Positions 1 through 11,503 of a DNA stretch of 64,000 nucleotides are shown here, one piece after another. The translations under genes and the position numbers were made by a program. Below the pieces are notes generated by a model. That model saw only the letters and a list, made by a program, of their open reading frames with translations, was not told the origin of the DNA and searched no databases. The stretch spans positions 5,371,053 to 5,435,052 of the forward strand of contig NW_003526941.1 in assembly GCF_000181795.1 (NCBI RefSeq), given 5' to 3'. The DNA comes from Trichinella spiralis (lineage: Eukaryota). Position 1 is the first letter of the stretch. Every line of letters starts with the position of its first letter.

Positions 1-2961
1 TACTCCTGTTGTGGTTCGCCACATAGATCGTCCATTGTACGTCAAAACTCTTTGCCAACCCAACAAAAATACCTTGCAAATTGCCGTTCAGCAGTGCTGT
101 TGTGTATGGGATTTTGTTTTTTATAAAATTTGCACTGTACAATCTTATTATATATGCATTGTTGTTGTTGTACTTTTTCAGTCGCATCTGTTCATGCTGA
201 GTTTGACAAGCAGACCACCAGTTGAACGCGTGTTGAGCAACTTGGTTCGTCGCAAGCTACTATCGGTTGACAATGCCATTGACAAAAGTAAGCGATAATT
301 ATTATTGTTAATGTCATTTATGTTGATTTTATTCTTAATATGTGTTTTGTTAATTTTCAGTTTGTATTTTTTTTTTTCCTTATTTGCATTTTATTTTATT
401 TGTGTTTGTTTTTATGTAACACATCATACTTTTTTATGCTTTTGAACTTTGAAGTCAAGCTAATATTTATTTGTTGATAGATAAAATAGTTGTTTATTAT
501 GCTTATAAGTTATATGGTTATATGGTGGAGAAGTTGTGACGGTTTAATTAATTTCAAAATTTGACTGAGCAGTACGGTGACGTAGTAGCGATGGGCAAAA
601 AGCTTATCTCCATTTAATTAAATTCCATCTCCGCTTTTGGTTGTGTCCATTTTATTCATTATTATCAATAATTTATCTGTACACACCAATTTCTTGTTGT
701 ACGTATTTGTAATTTGATTTTTTTTAAGTCAAACGGTCATTCCAATTGGCCGAGATGGGCGACGGTCAGGTTGCTGACATTGAACGGATGTCAACCACGA
801 TCTCTTTGAAATGCCCAATCACTATGGGCAAGATAACGCTTCCGGCTCGATGTCAAGACTGCCGCCATATACAGGTGAATAAATTGAGGAGAATTATTTG
901 TTGTTTAATTTTTAATTTTAATTGTTTTGTTTAGTGCTTTGATTTGAAAGCGTTTTTAATTCTTAACAAAGATCGTTTGCATTGGCAGTGTCCACTTTGC
1001 GGGTAAGTTTTTGCTTTTTAAAAAACCTTAGATGACTAACTAACTGTTTGTTCGTATTATATTAATGGATTTGAATATATGTTATTTATTATTGGTTTGT
1101 TTAGGCGTCCAGCAATTCTTGACAATTTAGAAATTGACCAATATGTTTGGGGTATTTTGACCAATTTGGTAAAGTTTCCTGAAGTGGGCGAAGTTTTTAT
1201 TGATTCAAATGCTTCGTGGAAAGCGCACGCTTCGATTGGCAGAGAGCAGCAGCAATCATGTAAATAACAACACTACGTTTTTTTGGATATTGCTACTAAC
1301 ATATAGCGTGCATAATAATAATAATAAGTTGTATTTGCAGAATGAAAATAATTTCTTTTCTCTAGTGTCTTTCTAGTCTTTTCTAATATTATTTTTTAAT
1401 TAGATTTAGTGGGATGCAATCCTCCGAAACGGGCGAAAACTTCTGAAGCAAACTGCAGTACGGACCCATCCGTATGCAACTGGAACGTGACTTCAGTCCG
1501 AAACTATGCATCAACGAGCAACAATAATAACCCTGTTGCCGCTACTGGTTTGCAAGTTCCTATTGAGCGGGTTCCGAATACCAGCATTTCTCAAATTATG
1601 GACATGAAAACGACAGTTCCACCGAATCATACTGTCAAGAAGCAGTCACAGCAACAACAGCAGCAACAACAACAGCAGCAGCAGCAATTACAACAACAAC
1701 AACAGTATCAATATTACGTAAGTTCAGTATTATTATTGTTTTGTCGTGAAATCCCAAGAAATTTACGTATTTAAATTTTTAGTTGAGTCCAGAGCAGCAA
1801 CAGCAAATGATGCATCAGCAGCAGCAGCAGCAAATGATGCAACAGCAGCAGCAGCAGCAACAAATGATGCAACAGCAACAGCAACAACAGCACCACCACC
1901 ACCAACAACAGCAACAACAACAACAAGCATTGATGAACAGTGTCGGTAGTGGTGGTAGTGCTGCTGGTGGTGGTCATCAGACAGGATCGATAGAGAATGG
2001 CAACAGCCGTTTGATTGCAGAGCCTTCAACGCCAAAGCAAATGTTAAAGTATGGCCCGCCAACACCGGCCACGCCCAGTGCGAATCCTCCTTCTGTTGGC
2101 GGTCCTCGCAGTGTCGGCAATCCACCGTCTGTGGAAGGAACTAGTGGCAATAGTGGTGGTGGTGGTGGTAATAGTGGTTATGTGATGCAGCAGTGTTCAA
2201 CGCAAGCAAATTTGCAGTTGAACATCGACGGTAATCCTACTGGTTAGTAGATTTTTTTCTCATTTTATATTGTTTTTATATGTGTAAAATTGACTTTTTA
2301 TTTAATGCAGTAAATTTAAGCGTTATACTGCTGCTGATAATAATGATTAAACATGTTAATTTCTTTTTTTTCTCTCTTTCTACAATCAGGATCTGCGCCT
2401 TACACACCAGCCTCAGTCGGCAGTGCTGGCAGTCAACAAGGATCTCATTGTGTGAATGTAGCTTCGAATGAGATGTGCAACACGGAATTCAGCGATCTGA
2501 CCTTCGACACCGCTGATCTCTTGCCCGGCGATACCGCATCAGAAAATTTAGGAGTAAGAGATTTCAAAGATTATTTTTCTATTTTTGATCAATTTTGTAT
2601 TTGATTTCAAAAATTTCAGAATTTTTTCGCCGACTCTACAATGCCAGATCCGGGTGAATTTATACAATATTTTGAAAGCACAAATTTTGGTGAATTCGGT
2701 TTGTCCACTGATCGGCTCGACGTTCCATTGTTCGATTTGGAAGATGGGAAACGGAAAAGCGTTGGCATACTGGACGACATTTCTTCCAACCCAAGCAAAT
2801 TATTGCTCGACGATCGTAAAAAAACCGCTAATCCAAAGAAAACCCATTTGAAAGAGGAGAAGAAGCGGTCGATGGCCGGTGACGACGACGACGATCCATT
2901 AAAGGCGACCCTGCTCAGCTCAAGCGAAATGGACGACATTTTGTCCTTGCTTCAAAGCTGA
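1..2961 (+). CDS. ZMIZ1: Zinc finger MIZ (SP-RING) domain protein, ZMIZ1/2 / tonalli-like; 5' part lies outside the window
   Basis: Exons approx <1-103, 182-287, 729-874, 935-1002, 1105-1259, 1404-1717, 1783-2242, 2390-2553, 2620-2961, joined in frame by GT-AG introns. The translation contains CQPNKNTLQIAVQQCCC|SHLFMLSL, ISLKCPITMGKITLPARCQDCRHIQ|CFDL...WQCPLC and LEIDQYVWGIL, matching the ZMIZ SP-RING region. A Q-rich tail follows and ends in DDILSLLQS*. Confidence 0.9.
1646..1927 (+). repeat. CAG/CAA polyglutamine tracts in two ZMIZ exons
   Basis: Mixed CAG/CAA runs at ~1646-1706 and ~1792-1927. The second is built from repeated CAA-ATG-ATG-CAx-(CAG)n units plus a (CAC)4 run. Confidence 0.9.
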
Positions 2962-4692
2962 TGCTTTGAAATCGGGTCTTTTATTTTTTTTTCACTGAAT
3001 TTTATATGTACAGAAAAAAAATAGTACTCCACGTCTGGACGACTAAAAAATTATCATCAGCAACAACAATAATGTATGACAATCAGGCAACCAAAAAAAA
3101 AGAAAAAAAAAATAATGCTATATCACAAAAGTCACCCGTCGCCGTCGACACTCAGCGATCGTTATCCTGGCTTTGCATTAATCAATCTCTTCTAGCCGAT
3201 ACTCTTTTTCTCTCTCTCTTCATTTTATCGACTAGAGAGAATTATTTATGCCGACCATATTTTTATTATTTTTTCTTCGCCAGAGTTAGATGTTCATCAT
3301 TTCATCGAAGTGGTGCAATGATGCACTTCACGTGCCTGGACAGTAGTCCGTCCATTGAATAGCAAGTTTGGCGCCAAATTTTATTTATTTATTTATTTTA
3401 TGAATTTCACTTTACATCTTTTATCCATTTTAAATGGAAAATATACATTGTTGACTTAACGGCGTCGTGTGTGATCAATCAATCGTCCTTCGATTGCTGC
3501 TTGTGTAAGAAGAAGTGTACAGCTCAGGCGGGCCTGTTTTGACCGTTTTTATTACTGTTTTATGCTGTTTTTCTATTTATTATTATTATCATTATTATTA
3601 CTATTACTATTATTATCATGGTTTACTTGCACTTCTTTCGTATGAGTGCTATGTGCACTAAAATTTTTCTCCCCTCAACTCTCTTTTTTTCATTTTTTCC
3701 TAAAAATGCATATATACAGTTATCTTTTGGTTTCTTTTTTTTGCGCCGGTTAGCGTTGGCAAAGTACTGCTGTTCGTATCTTCTTTTATCATGGATACTT
3801 CTGCTGCTTAAACTCAATACAAACAACAACAGCTGCTGCTGCTTGCTATCTTGTGAAGCTGCACACAAGATACAAAGGTGGAGAACGAACAAACCAACGC
3901 GAAACTGTGGTGCTATACATTTTCTTTTTGTGTAGTCTTCCTTTTCAAAGTGAGAAATACTTAAAAGTTGGATTTTGCTCATTCAACGTTAATGATGAGT
4001 CTCTTTCTGAATGAACAATTTCATCAATAAAGCATATATATTATTTGTTTTTAGTTTTTCCCTTTGCCATGAAAATAAAGAGGAAACGAACAAAAACGTT
4101 TCCTGAAGTTTAATTCTTAACTCCATTCAGCTCAAGCATCCATTCATATTCATCATCAAGGGGATAATGTTTGAAACGTTAGTAATAATAATAATAATAT
4201 TAATGAACAGCATTTGCAAACGGTAAATGAAAACCAGTATTCAATTCAACAAATTCAGAAACCACGCATTAATGAACACAAAAACAATTTATATGATGTT
4301 ATGCATAAAAAAGTTTTTTCAAACTTGTTAGCATAACAAAAAAGTAGGCATACTGCATACAACGACGGTAGGTGAATGAATTGAATGATTATAACATGTG
4401 TGTAAGTGACAACTGAAAATAAAAATGTAAATTTAATAAATATAACTGAATAGAAATTGCTTTTTTATTTATTTTATTCATACATGCATTTTATAATATT
4501 ATTCAGCACATGCATCCTGAAAACTTTTCATACTGTAATAATATTAATTAATGGAGATTTTTTATTTAATCGCAGGTTCTTTCTATTTCTGCTGCGTTAA
4601 TTCTTATTTATCTGTCACAAGTGGATGAATATAAATCATTATTTTTGTTGTTGTTGTTGTGGTGGTGTAATTATTAGAGGCAAACCTTTTCA

Positions 4693-5488
4693 ATGCGGTA
4701 AGTATTGTATATTTTATCTAGTTTATTGAACAATTAGGCACAAATAACGACAAAATTTACATTTTTTATTGAAAAACATAATTTAAAATTGCCTAATCTT
4801 TGTCAGACGTTCAACATCATTGTATAAATATGCACTGCTTGTTATCGATATGCAAGAAGAGTTTCGTCAATGTGCAGTGAAAATTGTTGATCAACTGAAC
4901 AAGACGATTCAAATTTGTCGTCAAAACAACGTGCCAGTAATCTTTACCCAACATGGACATCGTCAGCCGTCTATTGATGCTGGTCAGCTTGTAGAGCAGT
5001 GGGGATCGGTTATTGAGTACGGTTCCAAAGAATGGCAAATGATGCCCGAAGTGAACCTCTTGCCTACTGATTATATAATTTCTGAAAAACGACGTTACGA
5101 CGCTTTCTATGGAACTGTTCTCGGCGAGATGTTGCGCAAATTGAACGTACGTATAAAACAATTCATTATTGTTTGGTGTGTGTTTTGAAAAACGACTTTC
5201 AAATTTGCATTCATGTCACTTTCAACAACAACAACAACAACAACAATTTTAAATTGATATAATAATCAAATTTAGGTTAATACTTTGGCAATTTCCGGAG
5301 TGATGACAAATCTCTGTTGCGAAACTACTACCAGAAGTGCGTTTGTACGTGACTTCCGGGTGTTCTTTTTAAGTGATGGAACGGCGACAGTTTCTGAAGA
5401 AATGCACAACGCTTCTTTGTTGAATATTTCTTACGGTTTTGCGACAGTATTAACGTGCGATGAATTTTGCGACATTATTCATAAATAA
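4693..5488 (+). CDS. Isochorismatase-family cysteine hydrolase (nicotinamidase-like)
   Basis: Exons 4693-4697 (ATG CG|gtaag), 4807-5146 and 5276-5488 splice in frame. Motifs [24 protein letters not shown] and [31 protein letters not shown] supply the Asp/Lys/Cys catalytic triad. Confidence 0.9.
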
Positions 5489-7157
5489 AAGCCTTCTTTA
5501 ACGGCTTTTTGTATTTTTTGAAGTAAGAAATTGTAGATTTGAAAATGTCTTTTGCTTGAATTCTCTGTTGGAATGCTTTTATTTAGAACGCAATAATAGT
5601 ATTTACTACTTACTGCAAGCTCAGACGGTGAAAAGGTTAAGCAATTTATCCAGTAGTAAAATCGAAACAAATCCACAAAACTGGTATATTTTCTTTTTAT
5701 TTTTACTTTACATCAACAATTTTCAATGGGCATTTTCGTCAAGTGAATAGTTTTCCCAATACGCTTGGTACATTTTTGAAAACTATACAGCACAGTAACT
5801 ATAGTTAGCTGTTGTAATTTTAAGCCGAATTTTTGTTTTTTTTATTTATTGAAAAAAATCAATTGTACTATACGAACTGCTGTTAATGGACGAACATGGC
5901 ATATTTAATTCAATATTAAATGATCAAATACTAATTCATACTTTAATATCAGTTGTGTTCTACAGTAATTTGCTCGACAGTAGAAAATTTTCAGTGGAAA
6001 TAATTTTTCAGTAACTGTGAACGTTTTTCTGACAGTCTGAGTGTTGATCAACGATTTAATTTTATTCTTGAACTTCTTCAGATTGCCTTACTTTTTTTGT
6101 TTCAGAATCACTAAAGAAAATGTAAGCAGTGTGTGTTATTCGCTTTTTCTCCTTTCGAATAATTTTAATTTTATGCAAACAGTTTCTATTTTTATCAGCT
6201 GATTTTCATTTCAAGGTTGTTCACTTGTATGGTTTCAGTGTAGATTTGTAAGATTTAGTGTAGAATTTTTCAAAAACGAATTCAACGCTCTATTAATAAA
6301 TTTATTCCGAAATCTTTCCGTTATTGAATTTGTTAAATGTAGACTTGCTTGAAGCAGTTGTTGCTTCCATTATGAAATGCTTTTTATTTTCATTTCTCCC
6401 TCTGTATTGTTCTGTTATTTTTTTTTAGAAAATTTAGAATGCGAAAATACTGTTGATAAAATATTGATATGTTTTGCTTAATTTCATCTTCAAGGAAATT
6501 ATTAATTCTTTATAAATTGTCTTGCAATTAAAATTGGTTTATTTTTAACGTGCTACGTTTTTTGTTTTCCTTTGATACAGCTGTTGATGTATTGCTGTTT
6601 GGAATGCAGTTTTCATAAATGTCATATTTGACTGCATCATTTCTTAGCATGCTTTTATTTCAACTTGCTCAATGCTTTTTGTCACTGTTATGACGTTGTT
6701 TGTTCCTGTTTACTTTTGCATACTAATAAGAGCGTTATTGATCTCATTTTCCTTATAGAAATATATTTAATGTATTTTTTTTATTATTTACATTTATCAT
6801 GTATGTAGAAGGTTAATAAGTGTGAAATTTTGAATAAAATAATTCTTTTCTATAACGTTAATGTTGAAATGTATGTGCGTATATTATAATAAGGTAAATG
6901 AATTCAGTTGGGAAATTTCACAATTTTTAGTTATTTGTTTGTTCTAACCATACATAGTTTCTAGTTTGTAGTTTGCTTTTGTTAATTGTAAAATTAATTA
7001 TGCAAGCGAAATTTTAAAATTATTTTATAACAGTGTACTAGTGTTAACTTTGCCGATTTTTTAAGAATGTTTTTCTTTCAGCAAAGTGCAACGTTTAAAT
7101 TACACACGAAACGTTTAATAATAAAATCACTTTAGGAGCTTTCCCGGCAATAATTCA

Positions 7158-10100
7158 ATGAAAATGACCGATCCAGTTTGGAATTCATCCCGACCAGCTG
7201 GTTCACATCCTGCTAATCTTTTCTTGAATAATCCACCCAATTTTGCGATGCCTTCTGCCCAGTTACAGCCATCACCGGCAAATTTTTTACCGCCACCTTT
7301 GTCAAGTGTAAATACGGCTGTACCGAAGTCTACAACTTCATTGGTGCAAGGATCGGTGCCATCATTTCCAGTGCCTTCTGGTTTACCGTCCATGAATGGA
7401 CTAGTACAGCCTCCTAATTTATCTACTTTTCGGTCAGAAGATTTATTTACGGATGTAGCATTATCTCCTCCTGTAACTGCTGCACCGGTAACAAATGTTG
7501 CTCAGGCAGTATCGAATTTTTCTTCTTCAACCGTTGGCAAAACCTTCCTGCCTTTGCTTCCATTGCCGGATGATCCACATTTTGTAAAGCAACATGTACC
7601 ACCTCCGACTGTGCATCCATCTGGCAGAAGTATGAGTTCTGTTTCAGGTCATGGAATTGGCAGTTCACCAATCTCAGAAGTGCAGCACAATTTTGCAGGT
7701 TTACAATATCCAATTTCTTCACCCATTAATGCCATTATTCCGGATATGGGGAATTTAAACTTGAATGCCGTATGAACTTATTTGAACATTCATTTATGAG
7801 TTATCTTTTGTGAAAATTTAAAAATTCGCAGGTTTCACCAACTCGTACAGCAGTAGTAGATCTTTTGCAAGAAAAGCACCCTATTCCATCGGAATGTCTC
7901 GAACCTCCGGTTGTTACCCTGCCTAGACCGTATGATCGTGATTTGGAGAGCAGTGACTCAAGGTGAAATTCTGTTGTTGAAATTGCATCAGTTGTGCATC
8001 ATATGGATATACATTTTTTTTCCATATTAGCGTTTTACGGTGCACACTTGCTGCAGTGCCAGAATCGCCATCGGTTTTGAAAAAATGTCGCCTGCCATTG
8101 GGTTTAATAGTGCATCCTTTTAAAGATTTGAAAAAATTGGTCATGGTCGAAACGTCAATAATTGTCCGATGTCGTAGTTGTCGGGCTTACATAAATCCAT
8201 ATGTTCGTTTTGTGGACCGTAACTGGAACTGCAATATATGCGGTCGCGCAAATCGTTGTAAATAATAGATTTTCTCTTTTTTATTTTAATTTAAATAATA
8301 TAACAAACAAACATTAATAATTTTAAAAGAAAGTTTTTAAAAAAATCTTTCCCATAGTACCGGATGAATTTTATTATAATCCGCAAACTGGCAAAGTTGG
8401 CGATCCTAGTCTGCGTCCTGAAATTCAGAATTCATCAATCGAATTCATCGCCCCTGCCCATGAATATGAAGTAAGAAAATTTGAAATTGCAATTATTTGT
8501 GTTGCTTTTTTTCTGATTTTTTGTTTTTTTTGTCATTACGATAGAATCGACCTCCGCAGCCTGCTTGTTACATTTTTATTTTGGATGTTTCAGCACGCGC
8601 TGTACAATCAGGTACATGTTTCTTTTCTTTTTTTTTCTACAACATATGCATGACATAATTTAAAGATGTTGGAAAATATTGTTTTCAGTAATCTAAGCAA
8701 TTTATCTGTTTATTTATTTTAAATGAAATTATTTTTTTATGAAAGTTAAAAGTGAATTTAGAACTAGACAAGAAGGTCAGAAGAAATTTATAATGCATGT
8801 ATAGCGTAAGAGATGCGTATAGATAGATGCAGTGCATGTTAGATATCTTTCATTCGCAAATCTATGTTGTGATGGTGAAAATATAGGTTTTATAGCCTTA
8901 CAAAGTGAATTTTATCTTGTTGGCAGTGAATATGATGGTTTTCTTTTTTCTTTTCTTTTTATTTATCAAGTTACTTGCTTATTTTCAGGCTATCTTGTAA
9001 TATTTCGAGATGTGCTCTTAGAAAGTTTACGATTGCTTCCTGGAGATAATCGAACCATAATCGGTTTCATTGCAGTTGATTCCTTTTTGCATTTTTTTCA
9101 GCTGAGAGAAAATTTGAAACCCAAAGAATTTGTCGTTTCTGATGTCGATGGTTTGTAGGCATTTGTTTATTTGTCTGTCTGGTTTGGAAGGTTTGGTGGT
9201 ATATTCTAATTTTTGAATGTACATTTTTACAGATATCGTTATGCCATCCAAAAGTTTTCTCTTATTTTACCTCGACGACTCAATTAATGTTAGTTCGTTT
9301 GTGTGTGGTTGTTTTAATTTTTAATCATCTCTTGTTGTGCGTTTAGGCTGTGGAAAGCTTTTTGAACGACTTGCCCGAACGTTTCGCTGATAACACTGAT
9401 CCGAAATGTGCCCTCGGCTCAGCCATTACGGCCGGATTCGAATTAATCGTAAGAAATGAACAATGGCTAATCAGCTATATATATATATATATATTTTATG
9501 CCGCTTTTTCTTTAGGCTACAATTGGCGGACGTTTGACCGTTTTTCAAACAGTTCTACCGGACATTGGTAATGGTTCGCTGACAAGTCGTGAAGATCCCA
9601 ATTTAAGAGCTGCAAAAGTTTGCTCGTTTATTTTCATTTTACTTTTGCATACAATAAACATCAAGTCCATTATTCAGGAAGTGACCAACATGAGTGCAGC
9701 GTCGGATTTTTACAAAAATCTGGCTTTGAAATGCACCGAAAGGATGATCGCTGTGGATCTGTTTGTTCTGGGTGACTCATACGTCGATTTGGCTACAGTT
9801 TGTAAGAAATTTGAGTTTCATCAGTTTAATGCAGTTTATTCTTTTGAATTCAATTGCTTATGTAATATACTTTTAAGGTGATGTGGTGACATTCAGCTCG
9901 GGTAGTGTTTATTATTATCCAAATTTTGATGCTTGCTCCAATCCTATGGAAATGGAACGTTTCCGGTCCGATTTGGGACGCTATTTGCGCCGTAAGATTG
10001 GCTTTGAAGCGGTGATGCGAATTCGACTATCTTACGGTATGCTTTTTGTGTAAAACCGCGCCAAATAGAATCCACTGGTTGATTGATTGTCTTCTTTTTT

Positions 10101-11245
10101 TGCTGACCAAGGTTTGAGTGTACATTCATTTTTTGGAAACTTTTTCGTTTGTTCATCGAATATGGCAAAGCTGAGCAATGTCAATCCTGATTCCGCATTC
10201 GGGGTTCTACTCAATTTGGATGACAACATTGACCAGCCGGTTGTTTGCATTCAGGCGGCAGTACTCTACTCTACATGTCACGGTATGCATGCACACATAA
10301 TTACCAGTAGTGGTGCTATTTAATAAAATAACAATATGTAAATGATGTGAGTTTAGTTTATTATTATTATTATTGAGTATGAGATAATAAATTTTTTAAA
10401 GTATTTTATACACATGAAAATGTTGTTCAGTGAATTAGTATTTTTTTTTCTTAACAGGACAACGTCGAATTCGCGTGCACACGATCTGCTTGCCAACGTC
10501 GGAATCGATTTTGGAAATTCACAACGCAGCCGATTTGCCGGCTATAATAGCATTAATATCTAGAATGGGTTAGATAGAATTTGTTTTTTTTCTTTTCTTG
10601 CAAAGTTTGCAATAGAAAAGAAAAGCCACATTTGTTTAGCTGTTGATCGTTGTTTGTATCAACAAGGGACAATTCAAATGGCACGAGAAGCTTCAGTTAA
10701 TGCCGTTGTCGACTGCTTGTACGCATTTCGATCCGCCTCAGCATCCAGAGAATATGGAACACTGCTTTGCTCAAGAAATATGCGATTGTTTCCAATTTTC
10801 ATTCTTGCCCTGTTGAAATGTGTCAGTTGATGAAATTTGTTGAGAGAAATCAATCTGCTGCAAAAATTTCTCCACTCTTCCCTCTTGATTTCTCTTTTTT
10901 ATTTGGTTTCTTTATTTTTTATTTATTAACATTTTTTTGTTCTTTTTCAGAAAGCATTTGCTCACGGTTACAGCATCAAGTTGGACCATCGAATTTCTGC
11001 CATGTTGCAGTTCAAAATAATGCCCATATCGAACATGATATTGGAGCTTCATCCTAATTTGTATGCGTTGCAGGCAATCAGCGAAACTGTGAGTGAGCAA
11101 TATATATATCAATATTTTTTATTTGTTAATTTTCTTTTGAAATTCATTGATTGCAGCTCACGAAATGGTTGTAGGTCAGACAGAATCCGAATGCACCTTT
11201 ACGGATCGGTCAAATGAAAAGATGGATCGTCAAGGTATCTTCCTG
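7158..11245 (+). CDS. SEC24: COPII coat subunit Sec24 (Sec24A/B type); 3' end lost at the assembly gap, true start uncertain
   Basis: A Pro-rich N-terminal exon is followed by many exons: RCTLAAVP..LPLGLIVHPF, zinc finger RCRSCRAYINPY..WNCNIC, RPPQPACYIFILDVS, GGRLTVFQTVLPDIGNGSL, DFYKNLALKC, RYLRRKIGFEAVMRIR, QAAVLYSTCHGQRRIRVHT and the helical domain LDHRISAM..LHPNLY. Homology stops at EKMDRQGIFL (~11245). Confidence 0.9.
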
Positions 11246-11493
11246 AGGCACGCCCGCAGATATAAGTAGATGTAGTAAGCTTCAGGCATCTCGGCCGCCA
11301 ATATCGAGAGCATGTGCAGGGTCACATCGAGAAAAGAGATAAATTAGTAGACGGTTAGAAAAGAGATTTCGATACATAATTTTTCCTTTGTCATGATTGC
11401 TGGTCAGACGCTCCGCTCAGAAGGTATGTCAGTCCGGAGTGGAATCGGGGAGGGGCACTCCCCTTACTGAGCAAGGCAGGTCGAATCCACCAC

Positions 11494-11503
11494 NNNNNNN
11501 NNN
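11494..11503. other. Assembly gap (10 N)
   Basis: A run of ten n characters; the flanking sequence looks low quality. Confidence 0.99.

Noticed and set aside
1746..2125. Poly-Ala, poly-Leu and poly-Val ORFs
   Set aside because: These are alternative-frame and antisense readings of the CAG/CAA repeat.
3006..3982. ORFs of 105-119 aa downstream of ZMIZ
   Set aside because: They are low-complexity A/T-run translations consistent with 3'UTR or intergenic sequence.
11465..11493. ggtcgaatcc resembling a tRNA T-loop, or a sequencing adapter
   Set aside because: No cloverleaf can be built, I see no exact adapter match, and it sits in low-quality sequence next to the gap.
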